A program made the translations under genes and the position numbers. Positions 50,316-63,079 of a stretch of 64,000 bases of DNA are shown in pieces. The number at the start of each line of letters is the position of its first letter. Position 1 is the first letter of the stretch. This stretch comes from Octopus vulgaris (lineage: Eukaryota): the NCBI GenBank assembly GCA_951406725.2, contig OX597829.1, forward strand, positions 51,026,001 through 51,090,000, in the 5' to 3' direction. Below the pieces are notes generated by a model. That model worked only from the letters and a program-made list of their open reading frames with translations, did no database searches and was not told where the DNA came from.

Positions 50316-52157
50316 TAGTCTATATTAAATCTCTGAACGAGTTATAAACAGTAGCAGTAGGAGACACCACACACGTATTTACACATACATACATACATGC
50401 AAGCAAGTTTACGAAGATAACATCCTTCCATTCTTATGTACGGTCGTCGCGAGTACTGATCCACACACGAATGTAATACAAATGTGGTGGGGGAGAGAGA
50501 GTAGCATCCAATAAAGATATACCTAGCAAGGAAAAGAGTCAAACCCACGTTATTACACATGTTCACACACACACACACTAACATACACACATACACAAAA
50601 CAAACATACTCACATATGCGCGGGTGCGAGTATCCATGTGGGCGGCGTGATGCACGTGACTATGTTTGTGTGTGTGGGTGTGTACATAAAACTGTATGTA
50701 TGTGTGTGTGTGTGTGTGTGTGTGTGCCCCGCACCGCTTTGCTAGTAAAGGATTTGTGGGATTCACAATGCAGTATAAGCGATTCCGGTTTCATTTTTAC
50801 TTATTTGGTATGTGTTATTACGGCGACTTTCTTCTAAGTAACCAGCCCTACTCCACCGATAGTGTTTCCATTTGCTACAACAGTTGATGCTCGCGAGGTA
50901 AGGGATACCTCACTACTATGTAAAACTACTACTTTATACACCTAATACACACACGACCTACATACACACCATAATACACACACACATACACATACACGCG
51001 CATACAGAATATAGGTAGAGATAAATAAAGACAGGCAGAGAGAGAGAGATGGATGGATGGACAGTGTTGTAAGTAGATAAGGTCAATAGAGAAAAGAGAA
51101 AGACAGGCATAGATTTAGTGATGAATAGAAAGATGTATGTATATATACATAAGTGAAGATTGGATGATAGATAGGTAGATAGATAGACAGACAGAGCAAC
51201 ATTGATCAATGCCTATCGAACAAATGTATGTTCGAATACTTTGTATGTATGATCGAGTACTTTCCAGCCACGACCATCCCATTTATTTGTTTGTGTATGG
51301 CACTAGATTATTTAACGTTTCTCTTGTTTTTTGTTATTCTATTTATTTATTTGAAACGGTGTAGTGTATTTGAAGAGTATTTGGCGGTTGTTTCTAGCAG
51401 GATCAGGAGACTACTTGGTGACTCCCCGCCGGTGTTGGCTCCGTTTGAATATACATTAACCGGGAAGATTAGAGAGAGAGAGAGAGAGAGACAGCTAGAC
51501 AGACAGACACTCAGTTAGACAGAGACAGAGATAATGGATAGAGAAAGTAGAAAGACAGGCAACAGGAGATGTATATGTAGATAAATGTGTTAATGTCTAT
51601 AAAATATATACGTATGTATGTTTATGTGTATGCTTTGCATATGTGTGTGCGTAACGAATACGAGAGAAAAGAGATCGACTGATTGATCGATTGATTGATT
51701 GTGTGATTGACTTTACATTGAAATTGAAGTTAATTTAGTTGTGACGATAGTAAATTTTTTCTTTTTCTTTTTAAACATATTGCTTACATCATCAGAATCA
51801 AAATAAGTTCAACGTTGTCATATGAACACTATCAATCAGTATTAACTGATATCTATCTCTTTCTCTCTCTCTCTCTCTCTTGCCCTGCGAGTTCGATATC
51901 GATTTTTTTTTATTGCTGTCACTTTTGTTATTTTGTGTAGTGTGTGTGTTTCTGTGATATAATATAAATCTGTTTATAATATTTATTATTGAAAAAAACT
52001 TTCTACGTGTTGTTGTTTCAGAGTATAATCCAAATTCCAGAAATGCAAATTACTGCATATTTATGAACTTGTATATAGACACACACACACATACATACAT
52101 ACATACACTCTCTCATACATACAAATGCATTTAGTTATATACACAATATTGTGTGTA

Positions 52158-52194
<37 letters not shown>

Positions 52195-52642
52195 ACGCAC
52201 GTTGTCATAAGAATTTATATACTGCAGATATGGGTTCGAGTCCTATGTGCAAACCTTCTACTTTTTTTTCCCATTCAAAGGGGTTTTCAGCCCAATGTTT
52301 ACATGCTTATAACTTATAGCTTTATCATCTACTTCGAGATCCATTGTTCCAAAATAGAATATTAAAAAAAAAAATTTATACACACATATAAATTATATGG
52401 AATTCCTTCGATATTGGTATACGACGTCATTCACCCACACAACTTGCTCTCATGACATGGATAAAGAAGGTGAATGACGTCTTCTCATACCGACGCTCTG
52501 GAGACCAATACCGAAAGATCTAGCTTATATGATGATGTTCTACTATTCATAGGTGTGTGCGTGTTCGTATACGACTTAATAGTATGTTTATATACCTTGT
52601 GTGTAAGTGTATGCTTATATATGCGTGCATCTCTGTGTTGTA

Positions 52643-53003
52643 TGTGTGTGCATATATTTGTGTGTATATATATACGTGTGTTTATGCTTGTTTTCATGTT
52701 TATATAATTAGTGTGTGTGCATATATTTTTGTGTATATATATACGTATATTTATGCTTGTTTTCATGTCTATATAATTAGTGTGTGTGTGTGTGTGTGCA
52801 TATATTTGTGTGTATATATACGTGTATTTATGCTTGTTTTCATGTCTATATAATTAGTGTGTGTGTGTATATATACGTGTATTTATGCTTGTTTTCATGT
52901 CTATATAATTAGTGTGTGTGTGTGCATATATTTGTGTGTGTATATATACGTGTATTTATGCTTGTTTTCATGTTTATGTAATTAGTGTGTGTGTGTGTGT
53001 GTA
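52643..53003. repeat. Minisatellite, five ~55-77-bp units with variable (TG)/(TA) tracts
   Basis: Core tttatgcttgttttcatgtYtatRtaattag seen five times. Confidence 0.9.
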
Positions 53004-55073
53004 TGTTAGATGTTGTGCGTGCATGCATCACAATACGTATGTAGTGTGTATGTATACATATGTATTGTACGTGTGTGTGCGTGTTTATCTAATTTGTGTA
53101 GTATTTGTGTATATATATATATATATGTGTGTGTGTGTGAGTGAGAGTACGTGTGTGTACGCGCGTGCGCGGGTATATTTGTGTTTCATCAGTGAATGCT
53201 CGAAAACTATGTCAGCAATCGACTCGAGCCAACGAAACGGGAGGGAGGGTCTCGAATTATTCGGTCGGTTTGCTCTATCTAGTAAAAAAAAATAGCAGCT
53301 AAATCCCCTTCAAATCACACCCTTACCTGCCTTTAAAAACAAAAAGCATAAAAAGGAATTTCATTTAATAAAGTGACGAGATGGTGATGGTTTTGAACGG
53401 CCTTGATCATTCGGCTGACCTGGGGCTAACAGCAATAATCGACTTCTTACTGTGAAGGATTAGTGATGAAATTAATACATACATACATATATACACACAT
53501 ATATACACACATACATACACACATACATACATATATACACACACATATATACAACACACATACATACATATATACACACACATACATACATACATATATA
53601 CATACATACATACATATATACACACACATACATACATATATACACACATACATACATATATACACACATACATACATACATACATACACACATACATACA
53701 TACATACATACATACATACATAGACATAGAATGTAAGTGTATGTGTGATCCTTTTTTTCTACTCTAGGCACAAGGCCCAAAATTGTGGGGGATGGGGCTA
53801 GTCGATTAGATCGACCCAGTATGCAACTGGTACTTAATTTTAACGACTCCAAAAGGATGAAAGGCAAAGTCGACCTCGGCTGATGTATGTGTGGATACAT
53901 GTATATGAAATGTATGAGTGTTTTTATATATTTGTGTTTACGTTTGTATTGTGTGTGTGTGTGTGTTTATAATTTTCTGTTAATTACTAATGGCTAATTA
54001 TGAAAGTAAATTAGTTTCTATGTTCTGTTCAAATGACATATTTTCGTATAACTATTTAAGAATACAAGAAAAACCCACGTAATAATATGTGTCTATTTGT
54101 GCTTGAGAGAGAGAGAAAGAAAAGAGAGAACGACAGAATAATAGAGAAAAGAGAGACAGAATAAGAAGAGAGAGAGAAAGAATTAGATAAAGAGAGAGAG
54201 TAAGCAAGTAAAGATTGTCTATATATTTGCTACAATAATTCTTCACTCCGACTGCAAAATAAAACCGCAATTACATTTAAGAAATACAACAAATAAATGT
54301 ATTGATGATGGTGAAGTCTATAAAGATGGTAAATTAATTGGAGCACCTTATATTCGTTGAAATATTTTGCCTTTGCCTTTTTTCTTTTATATTTTACTAT
54401 ATGAAACAACAAATCTCATTCCACCACTTCACCATCAAAAAAAAAAAAAAACCATTTAATGATAAATAACAAAGGGGAAAACAAGACAATGATCCATTGC
54501 CGTTACATTTTAAAATATATAGAGAGAGTATTGTTTAATCGTTGTTGCATATTCTATGAGATTAATGTCTTATGTGCCACTCTCATCTATCTAATTCCAT
54601 TCTGCAAACCGTTTTCCACTAATAAAAATCATTCCGTTTATATTTATGCAAAATGTCATAATTTCTTCTGTTACGCATTAATCTCTTCATTCATTTCTTT
54701 CTTTTTCTACGTTTTTTTTTTTGCGGGGTTTTTTTTTTTTTGCCTCGGAAATGTTATTGATATATTTTTTTTGTTTGTTATTTTTTTGTTTTGTTTTGTT
54801 TTTTGCTTTATTTTGTCGTTTGTTTATTTACTTTTTATGTGGACTTTCTATTCTTTCCAAAACAGTTGTGTGGCGAAATGCGTGTGCGTAAACATACATT
54901 TTTTTTTATGTGTGAGTATATATCTATATAAATCTCACACATATGTATGTATAATCTATAGATAATGTATGTGTATGTATATTATAAATGCATGTATTTC
55001 AGGTCAAACCAACATGTGCAACCTTTAATCGAGACATTTTTTTCTCTCTCCGTTGCTCCCTCCCACCCTCTCT

Positions 55074-55119
55074 GTTTTCTGTGATTATTAGAAGAGCGTA
55101 GGCTCGAAACGTCGAAAAC
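55074..55119 (+). ncRNA. Disrupted family 1 hammerhead in element ~55000-55207
   Basis: gttttc tgtgattatta gaa gagc-gtag-gctc GAAAC GTC gaaaac; core interrupted; the element ends in (TA)n. Confidence 0.5.
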
Positions 55120-55563
55120 TCTTCCATTTATCTTGAGCGTCAAACTAATACACCATTTTTGTTGCTCCCTCACATGTTTCTCTTGTTTTTTGTACAATTT
55201 TGCACCATATATATATATATATATATATTTGTGTGTGCGCGCCTGCGTATGTGCTTATGTATATGTATGCATGAATGTACATATGTTTGTATGTGTGTAT
55301 AATGTAATGTAATGTGGAGGATATAAATATTTTTGTTTAAATTGAAACTGAATTTGTCTCGCGACTCGAGTTTCACAGCAGTGCATTTAATTATATATTT
55401 ATATATATATATATGCATTTATATATGTTTATATGTAAGTCTATATATGCATGCATTTATAAGTCTTACATATATACATGCATTTATGTATGTATATATT
55501 GTAAGTCGTCTAAGAGTTCATAAGTTGGAAAAAAATACGGTCATATATTTGTCAGTAGAGTGG

Positions 55564-55817
55564 ATATATTAAAGTTTACAGTATTATATACACATTACAG
55601 CCAATCTTACCAATTGGTTTCACACCAAAGGGTTTAATGGAGTGTTATAGAATGAAGTATGGCAACTATCATACTTCATTCCATAACGCCTACCTCTGAA
55701 GAGTGCAGGATTACATAAGTGGACTGTTACTGAACACTCCATTGCTCCCCTGATGCGAAACTGATTGGTAAGATCAGCCATAATGGATATATAATATTGT
55801 ACACTTCAATTAATATA
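55564..55817. mobile_element. TA-flanked fold-back element carrying a hammerhead-like motif (55688-55778)
   Basis: ~85-bp imperfect IRs (55564-55646 / 55733-55817); inner 20-bp hairpin at 55642-55689; CTGAAGA(55696)...GAAAC tgattg GTA agat. Confidence 0.65.
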
Positions 55818-56429
55818 TATATATACATACACACAATGTATATATGTACATGTACATCTTCCTATATGTATATGTATGTGTATATATACATATCAAAGTC
55901 ACACATATGATACAGACTAAACTAGATATTATCAGTAAATAAAAAAAAAATATTCCCTCTGATTTTTGAAAATCTATAAACATTATCCAAGCAAGATAAC
56001 TCGATCAACATCAGGTTCTTTGTTTTTGGTTTTTGGGTTTTTTTTTCCTTTTTGTAAGGATGTGGGGTGGAATAAAAACTACAATTTGGAGTGCATTTAT
56101 TTCATCAAAAAGAAAAAAAAAACATAAACCAAGCACATTTCCATCTTCCAAGATTTCATCAGTAAAGCATATTCATTACCTCAGCTGGCAACACAAAGAA
56201 GTGATGAAATATATTTTTGTATGTGTTCTTCAAATTTTTTTGCTCACTTATATAAAACACCACACACACACGCAAAGATGTGTCCTTTTTTTTTTTTTTA
56301 CAATCGTGAATTCTTTTGCTCACTTAAGCAGTAAAGTGAATTAATGAAGACATTGCTGACGTTGTATCCTCAGTGGATGGGGCTCCTACTTAGTTTGGTA
56401 CAAGCTGTTCCTATCCAGGTAATAATTCT

Positions 56430-56650
56430 TTGTTACTATAGGCACAAGGCCTGAAATTTGGGGGAGAAGGAAAGTGTTGATTACATCAACCTCAGTGCAT
56501 AACTGGTACTTATTTCACCGACACCCCACCCCCTCAGGATGAAAGGCAAATTCTACCTTGGTAGAATTTGAACTCAGAACATAAAGACAGACAAAATGTC
56601 GGTAAGCATTTTGCCTGGCATGCTAACAATTCTGCCAACTCACTGTCTTA
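56430..56650 (-). mobile_element. SINE B (CpG-decayed)
   Basis: Family consensus; another fragment lies at 53750-53880. Confidence 0.75.
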
Positions 56651-56660
56651 ATAATAATAA

Positions 56661-57226
56661 TTATTATTATTATTATTATTATTATTATTGAGTGAGAGAG
56701 AGCAGTGCATGCCATCAAAGTGACACTGGGGTAAAATATACGAAGCCCAGTATACCCATCATGACTACCCGTCTGATAAGGGTACACCAGGCACACGCAT
56801 CACAACCATATGTGCGCGACATGGTGATCTCATATCAAGATAAACAGCACATGACCTTGCAGGTGAGGCCCAGTTAGAATTTTCTTCTGGTCGAGTAACC
56901 CATCCCACTCAAAAGGTCCCTGAATAAGGGTTGTTTAAGGATGTTGAACGAAACACCCATGTTTCCAGAGGTGAATTATCCAAACTCCAAAGAATCCCTC
57001 TCAACACATGGCTATGGTGCTCCCCCACCACTTCTGCTTGTGATCAGAGATGCACATATCATCAGCCACTAAGGGACATACTCAACTGGTTAAAGTCAAA
57101 CAACTGACAAGCAAATCTGTGGTATTGAGCAGAATATTTGCTATAGCCCATCTTTTATACCTAGACAAAACAATGTACATGATAACACTTCCAATCAGTT
57201 AAGATCAGAAGCCATGAGAGCCACTG
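56661..57226 (-). mobile_element. Probable non-LTR retroelement 3' region with (AAT)n tail
   Basis: Higher-GC block ending on the minus strand in ctctctcactc(aat)n; single copy here and no ORF recognised. Confidence 0.5.
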
Positions 57227-57654
57227 ACTGAAGTAACATGTATTCTTTTGTCTACAAATCGTGTTGTTTAGCTCCAGGTCAATCCTGACTGAGACCTATG
57301 GTCAAGGGACATTCCATGACGTATTTCTTACTGTGCAGTTCAGTATATTTTTCCCCTCTTCCAGTTAGTATTATTATTATTATTATTAACAGGCATGACT
57401 CTATGCCAAAAAGTTTACTTCCCAACCATATAGTCATGGTTTGGTCATGCCGTTGTCAGGTCCATGTCGTAGAATTGTTATGCCTGTTGTTGTTAGTCCT
57501 GCATTTTATTGTTGTTATGTTACTGTAACAATGCTAGGTTTGTGTTGCAGAATTGTTGTGCCTGTTTATGGTCTTGTTAGGTCTGTATCTATGTGGTTAT
57601 GTAATTATACATGTTGTGTTGTCAGGGCTGCCATTCTATTGTTAGTTCTATGTT

Positions 57655-57995
57655 ACTCTTTTACTTGTTTCAGTCATTTGACTGCGGCCATGCTGGAAGC
57701 ACCGCCTTTTTAGTCGAGCAAAGACTCACAAACATACATACACACACATATATATACGTACAACTATGTATGTATATATGCATGTTTTATTTATTAATTT
57801 GTTATATATATATATATGTATGTATGTATATGACGGGCTTCTTTCAACTTCCATCTACCAAATCCACTCACAAGGCTTTGGTTGGCCTGAGGCTATAGTA
57901 GAAGATACTTGGCCAAGGTGCCATGCAGTGGAATTGAACCCAGAACCGTGTGGCTGGTAAGCAAGCTTCTTACCACACAGCCACTCCTGTGCCTA
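57655..57995 (-). mobile_element. SINE A, internally deleted
   Basis: Family consensus. Confidence 0.8.
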
Positions 57996-58848
57996 TAAAA
58001 ATGTAAACACAGGCAAAATACTGCTGAGATTTTCGTTTGGCGCACTACCGTCTCAGCCAGCTCACCGTTGTTAGGTTTATGTTGTTTACTTGACTTTCCT
58101 CCACCCCAACCCGGATTTGTTCATTAAGGAAACAAGTCTTTCAATAGAAATGGTGTGTTGTTGTGTGTTCTTGGAGTAGCATTTAACTGATTCCTGATTA
58201 AAACCAAGTAACATGTATTCTTTTGTCTACAAATCATGTTGTTTAGCCCCAGGTCAGTCTTGACTGAGACCTATGGTCAAGGGACAATCCACGACTTATT
58301 TCTTACTGTGCAGTTCAGTATATTTTTCCCCTCTTCCAGTCAGCAGTGTGTGAACTGAAGGATATTTGGCTGCTATTTCTAGCAGGCTCAAGCTACTTTC
58401 AGGTTCATGTCAATAAACCTATAAACTAATCAGATATGGAAGAAATCATTATTGATGAAATTGCAAGCTATTGACGTTTAGTAGTGGATATAATGTTGGA
58501 TTTAAGTAATACAGAAATGAAGTAGATGGTTGCACCATCAACACAGTAGTACATGAATGATTGACAGATTATTGATGAAGAGTTGCTGATTTTTGTCATA
58601 GAATCAATAAGACTGTATATGGACTGAGAACGGTCATCATCATCATTATCATTATCATTATCATCATTATCATTTAATGTCAATTTTCCATACTAGCATC
58701 ATTTGAATGGTTTGACTGGAGCTGTAGGGCCGGAGGGTTATGTCCAAGCTCTGCTGTCTGTTTTGGCATGGTTTTTACAGTTGGAAGACCTTCCCAATGC
58801 CAGATGGGTTAGTTTTCTGAAGGTTTGTTCAAAGCATAAATCCTTTAA

Positions 58849-59291
58849 CCCTTTAGTGTTTAACCCTTTAGTATTTAAACCGGCCATATCCGGCCAAAAT
58901 AGTTAATCTGTTTTATGTTCAAACTGACCAAATCCAGGCTCTCACACCTACCCTACAATGTTATTCTACATTAAGTAATTACACCATCAAGATCTTGAAG
59001 ATATGAGATAATGCATGATTAATTCAAATCAATGGGAATCAATAGGCATTATGTTTGATTGAATAATCTGAACACTAAAGGGTTAAACTGGCCATATTCG
59101 GCCCAGATATTCCACATGTTTTATATTCAAACTGGCCAGATCCAGCCTCTCACACCAAACCTACATTGACATTCTTAAAATAAACAATCACATCACTGAA
59201 ACCTCAAAGCTATAAGGTAATGCATGATTAATTCAAAACAATTTGAGTGAAAAGGTATTACATTTGTCAGAGTAATCTGAACACTAAAGGG
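58849..59291. mobile_element. piggyBac-like MITE containing a second copy of itself (58864-59082)
   Basis: TTAA at 58845, 58860, 59083 and 59292; CCC...GGG ends. Confidence 0.85.
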
Positions 59292-59639
59292 TTAAGGTAT
59301 AACTTACACCATGGGGTTTGGATGTTGGTTCTGCTGTGTGTCAAATACTGAATTACAGATAGATTGTAAAGACTGTGAAGTAAGCCAAAGTGTCCATCAA
59401 CACTTGAGGTAAAATGGTTAAATAACTGAACTATTGGACAACCAATTCCTGGTTTACTGATCGTTTATTGTATATTCCTCATTCTACCTACATTGCATGA
59501 AATGTTCCTCGCTGGGAAAGTTACCAAAGCTTCTAGAAAAGTTACCTGCTATTAACTGATATTTTCTTATACAGGAAGAACTTTCATACACCCCTCCCCC
59601 TTTCTCTCTCTCTCTTATTTTCTGCTTAAACATTATAAA

Positions 59640-60021
59640 AGCTTGCTTACCAACCACATGGTTCCGGGTTCAATCCTACTGTGTGGCACTTTGGACAAGT
59701 GTCTTCTACTATAGCCTCATCCAACCAAAACTTTGTGAGTGGATTTGGTAAACGGAAACTGAAAGAAGCCTGCCGTGTGTGTGTGTGTGTGCATGCACAT
59801 ATGTATGTATGTGTGTTCATTCCTGTGTTTGTCCTGTCTCCGCTTGACAACCAGTGATGGTGTCTTACTTCCCTATAACTTAGTGGTTCAGCAAAACAGA
59901 CTGATTAGAGTGAGTACTGAGTTTAAATAAATAAGTCCTGGAGTTAATTTATTGACTACAACCCTTTAAGGCAGTGCTCCAGCATGGCCACAGTCAAATG
60001 ACTGGAACGAGTAAAAGAGTA
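59640..60021 (+). mobile_element. SINE A (older)
   Basis: Family consensus. Confidence 0.8.
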
Positions 60022-60130
60022 AATATTAGCCCTATGGATCCTTTGGAGTTAACGAATGCAGAAAATATTTAATGAACATGATTGGTTTGATTCAACACAC
60101 TATACACCCCTGCCCATTCACCACACCCCT

Positions 60131-60175
<45 letters not shown>

Positions 60176-60915
60176 ACCTTCACTCTCCACCTACTCTGTC
60201 CCCTACTCCACTTGCTAAGTCTATTTGTTACACACCCTCTGCATCACCTTCTCCACATCCCCTCCGCATGGCATTTTTCATTAGACCCCTAACTCTTCCC
60301 TCTCCCTAATTCCCTTTATAACACTCTCTTCACCACATCCACTTCACTCCTTTTCTGCAAAAACAAAACCCCTTCACCAAAATAGGCTTTATCACAGTCC
60401 TTTCATCCCCCACTTCTACCACTTATCCCAGCCACACATCCACTTTACCCCCCTCCCTTTTCCACAGCCCCTTCCCTACATTTCCTTACCAGAATCACCC
60501 CCTCTCTCCTCTGTTATCATAGTCCTTTCATTACACAATCTTTTCACCATAATTCCTTCATTGGGAGCCAATGAGGGGACCTTCTGCATAGTAATAATGC
60601 ATAGAAATAGCAGCCACAGTCTCCCTCAAATCATGTCCTATTATCTTATGAAAAAAGTAGCCTTAGATAATGTGATCCCAGGTTCCTTGTCAAAGAAGAT
60701 TAAGACAAGGGTGGTCATGACTGGAAAGCCTTTGATCTTAGGTTTGTTTGGTCAAGTGTGACTAGGATTTAAGCAACAAAATCAACAAAAACTCTTGTGA
60801 TTACACCCTTTCACCATAGTTCTTTGATTGCACTGCCGTCCCTATAAAATTTGGGCCCGTGACCTCACTAAATACCCAGTATTGAGTGCAACAAATTTTG
60901 TCTTATACTTCTTAA

Positions 60916-62026
60916 CCCTTTCATTGCTGTATTTTTATTGAATTACCTTTGTTTCTGTTAATATTGAAGATAATAAAAAGTTTAGTAAAATAACTTTGTC
61001 GTTATTAAACTGGTGTTTGAGTAACATAATATAAAATTTTGATGTAAGGTTTTAATTTAGATTACTTTAACACCTTTGTTACCATATTTCTCTTGAAATC
61101 CACTACACTTGTTTCATTTAATTTTGAAGATAATGAAGAATTATATAGGTACAGGACTGGCTGTGTGATAAGAAGTTTGCTTCTTAGCATTTAAACCAGC
61201 CATATATTTAAACTGACCATATCCAGCCCAAATATTCTACCTGTTTTATGTTCAAATTGACCAGATCCGGCCTCTTACATTTAGCCTACAATGTTAGTCT
61301 AAAAATGAACAACACTTCAGTGAAATATCAAAGCAACGAGATTATGAATGGCTCTGTGGTAAGAAGCTTGTTTTCCAGTCACAGCATTCCAGGTTCAGTC
61401 CCGTTGTGTGGCACCTTGGGAAAGTGTCTTCTACTATAGCCTCAGGCTGAACAAAGCCTTGTGAGTGGATTTGGTAGATGGAAACTGAAAGAACCCCTTC
61501 ATGTACAGTAATCCCTCACCATATCGTGATTCACCTATCGCAATTATTTATTATTTACGTGGATTCCTCCGTTGTGTTGTTTTGCATTTATAATGGAATA
61601 AATATATACAAATTATAAAAATAATTTTTAAAAATATACAATACAGTACTGTTTCTACCTCATGGATTTTCACCTACCACAGAGGATTTTGGATAGTCAA
61701 GGGATTACTGTATCTGTATCTGTGTCTGTCTGTTTCCCCCCACCATCACTTGGCAACCAATGTTGGTATGCTTACATCCCCGTGACTTAGCGGTTCAGCA
61801 AATAGAGACCAACAGAATAAATACCAAGCTCATAAAGAATAAGTCCTGGCGTCGATTTGTTTGATTGAAGGTGGTGCTCCAGCATGGCCGCAGTCAAATA
61901 ATTGAAACGCATCAAAGAGTAAATAAGCATTGCATTTGAAAGAGTTATCTGAATGCTAAAGGATTAAAGCAGAAAATCCGTATCATAGAACCAAGGACAG
62001 TGTCAGGCAGGTTGACAGCAAAAGGG
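60916..62026. mobile_element. piggyBac-like element containing a nested MITE, SINE A (61349-61921) and pogo-like MITE
   Basis: ttaa-cccttt ... aaaggg-ttaa outer ends. Confidence 0.55.
61506..61710. mobile_element. pogo/Tigger-like MITE
   Basis: TIRs cagtaatccct / agggattactg with TA TSD, inside the SINE A microsatellite. Confidence 0.85.
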
Positions 62027-62079
62027 TTAAACATTGAGGATTTTAGGATAACGGTCATTATTGTTTCATATGGTGTCTT

Positions 62080-62245
62080 TCACAGCTGCATCTTTACTTT
62101 ATGGATCATAACATTCTGGCTGTTTTTATGACGATTCAATAATCTTGAAAGGCAAGTTCTGTTATGATTCAATTATGCTGCACCAACAGAAAGAAATATG
62201 ATTTGGTAGCGTCAGCTTAGACTGTTTGGTCATGTTTCTTGATTT
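62080..62245 (+). pseudogene. Very old RTE ORF remnant
   Basis: ASLLYGS*...NLERQVL...QLRLFGHV. Confidence 0.45.
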
Positions 62246-62521
62246 TTTTCAAGTTGGATCCTGCTTACCAAAAGTGGTTGGCATTTGGAAGGGCATCCTT
62301 CTGTAAAAGCCATGCCAAAACTGACCTTGCTTGTGCTGGTGACACATAAAATGCACTCAGTCCACTCTACTGAATGGTTGGTGTTAGGAAGGGCATCAGT
62401 TGTAAAATCCCTGCCAAGACAGACACAGAAGTCTAGTGCAGTCTTCTGCCTGGCCAGCTCCTGTCAAACTGTCCAACCCATGCCAGCATGGAAAGCAGAT
62501 GTGAAAAGATGATGATGATGA

Positions 62522-62559
<38 letters not shown>

Positions 62560-63079
62560 CTTGCATTTGTGCTTGTCTCTTCCTCCCACCACTTTGGTTT
62601 TTATATTTCATATTCTGCAATTTCCTGTTACTCTCTTTCTCTCTCTCTAATTCTTCGTTTCTTATATGTATGTATACATGTTCGTGTTTGTCCCCACCAC
62701 TGCTTGACAGCCAGTGTTGCTTTGTTTACATCCTCATGACTTACTGATTCAGCAAAAAGTGACCCAAAATGTATGTACTAAGCACAAATAAATAAATATT
62801 GGTGGGTGGGGGTTGATTTGTTTGACTATAACCCTTCGGATATTGCTCCAGCATGGCCACAGTCCAATGACTGAAACAACAGCGAGGTAAGCCATAAAAG
62901 AAAGACCACCCACATGCATACACATTCACACCCCACACTCCTTATCTTTTCAACTCTCTTTTGTTTTCCAACTGGGGTGTCCGTGTGTCTACTCCACAGC
63001 AAGACACTTATACGTATGTGTCCCATCTATACCTTGAATCTCTCAACAGGCACAAAGTCACAAGACCTCAATACTAACT

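Noticed and set aside
55642-55689. miR-1-like hairpin (antisense tatggaatgaagtatg)
   Set aside because: It lacks five central bases and the full seed of miR-1 (UGGAAUGUAAAGAAGUAUG) and sits inside a fold-back repeat.
59300-59420. Minus-strand exon ending at gtaagt (~59307)
   Set aside because: Splice-like signals only, an unrecognised peptide and no partner exons.
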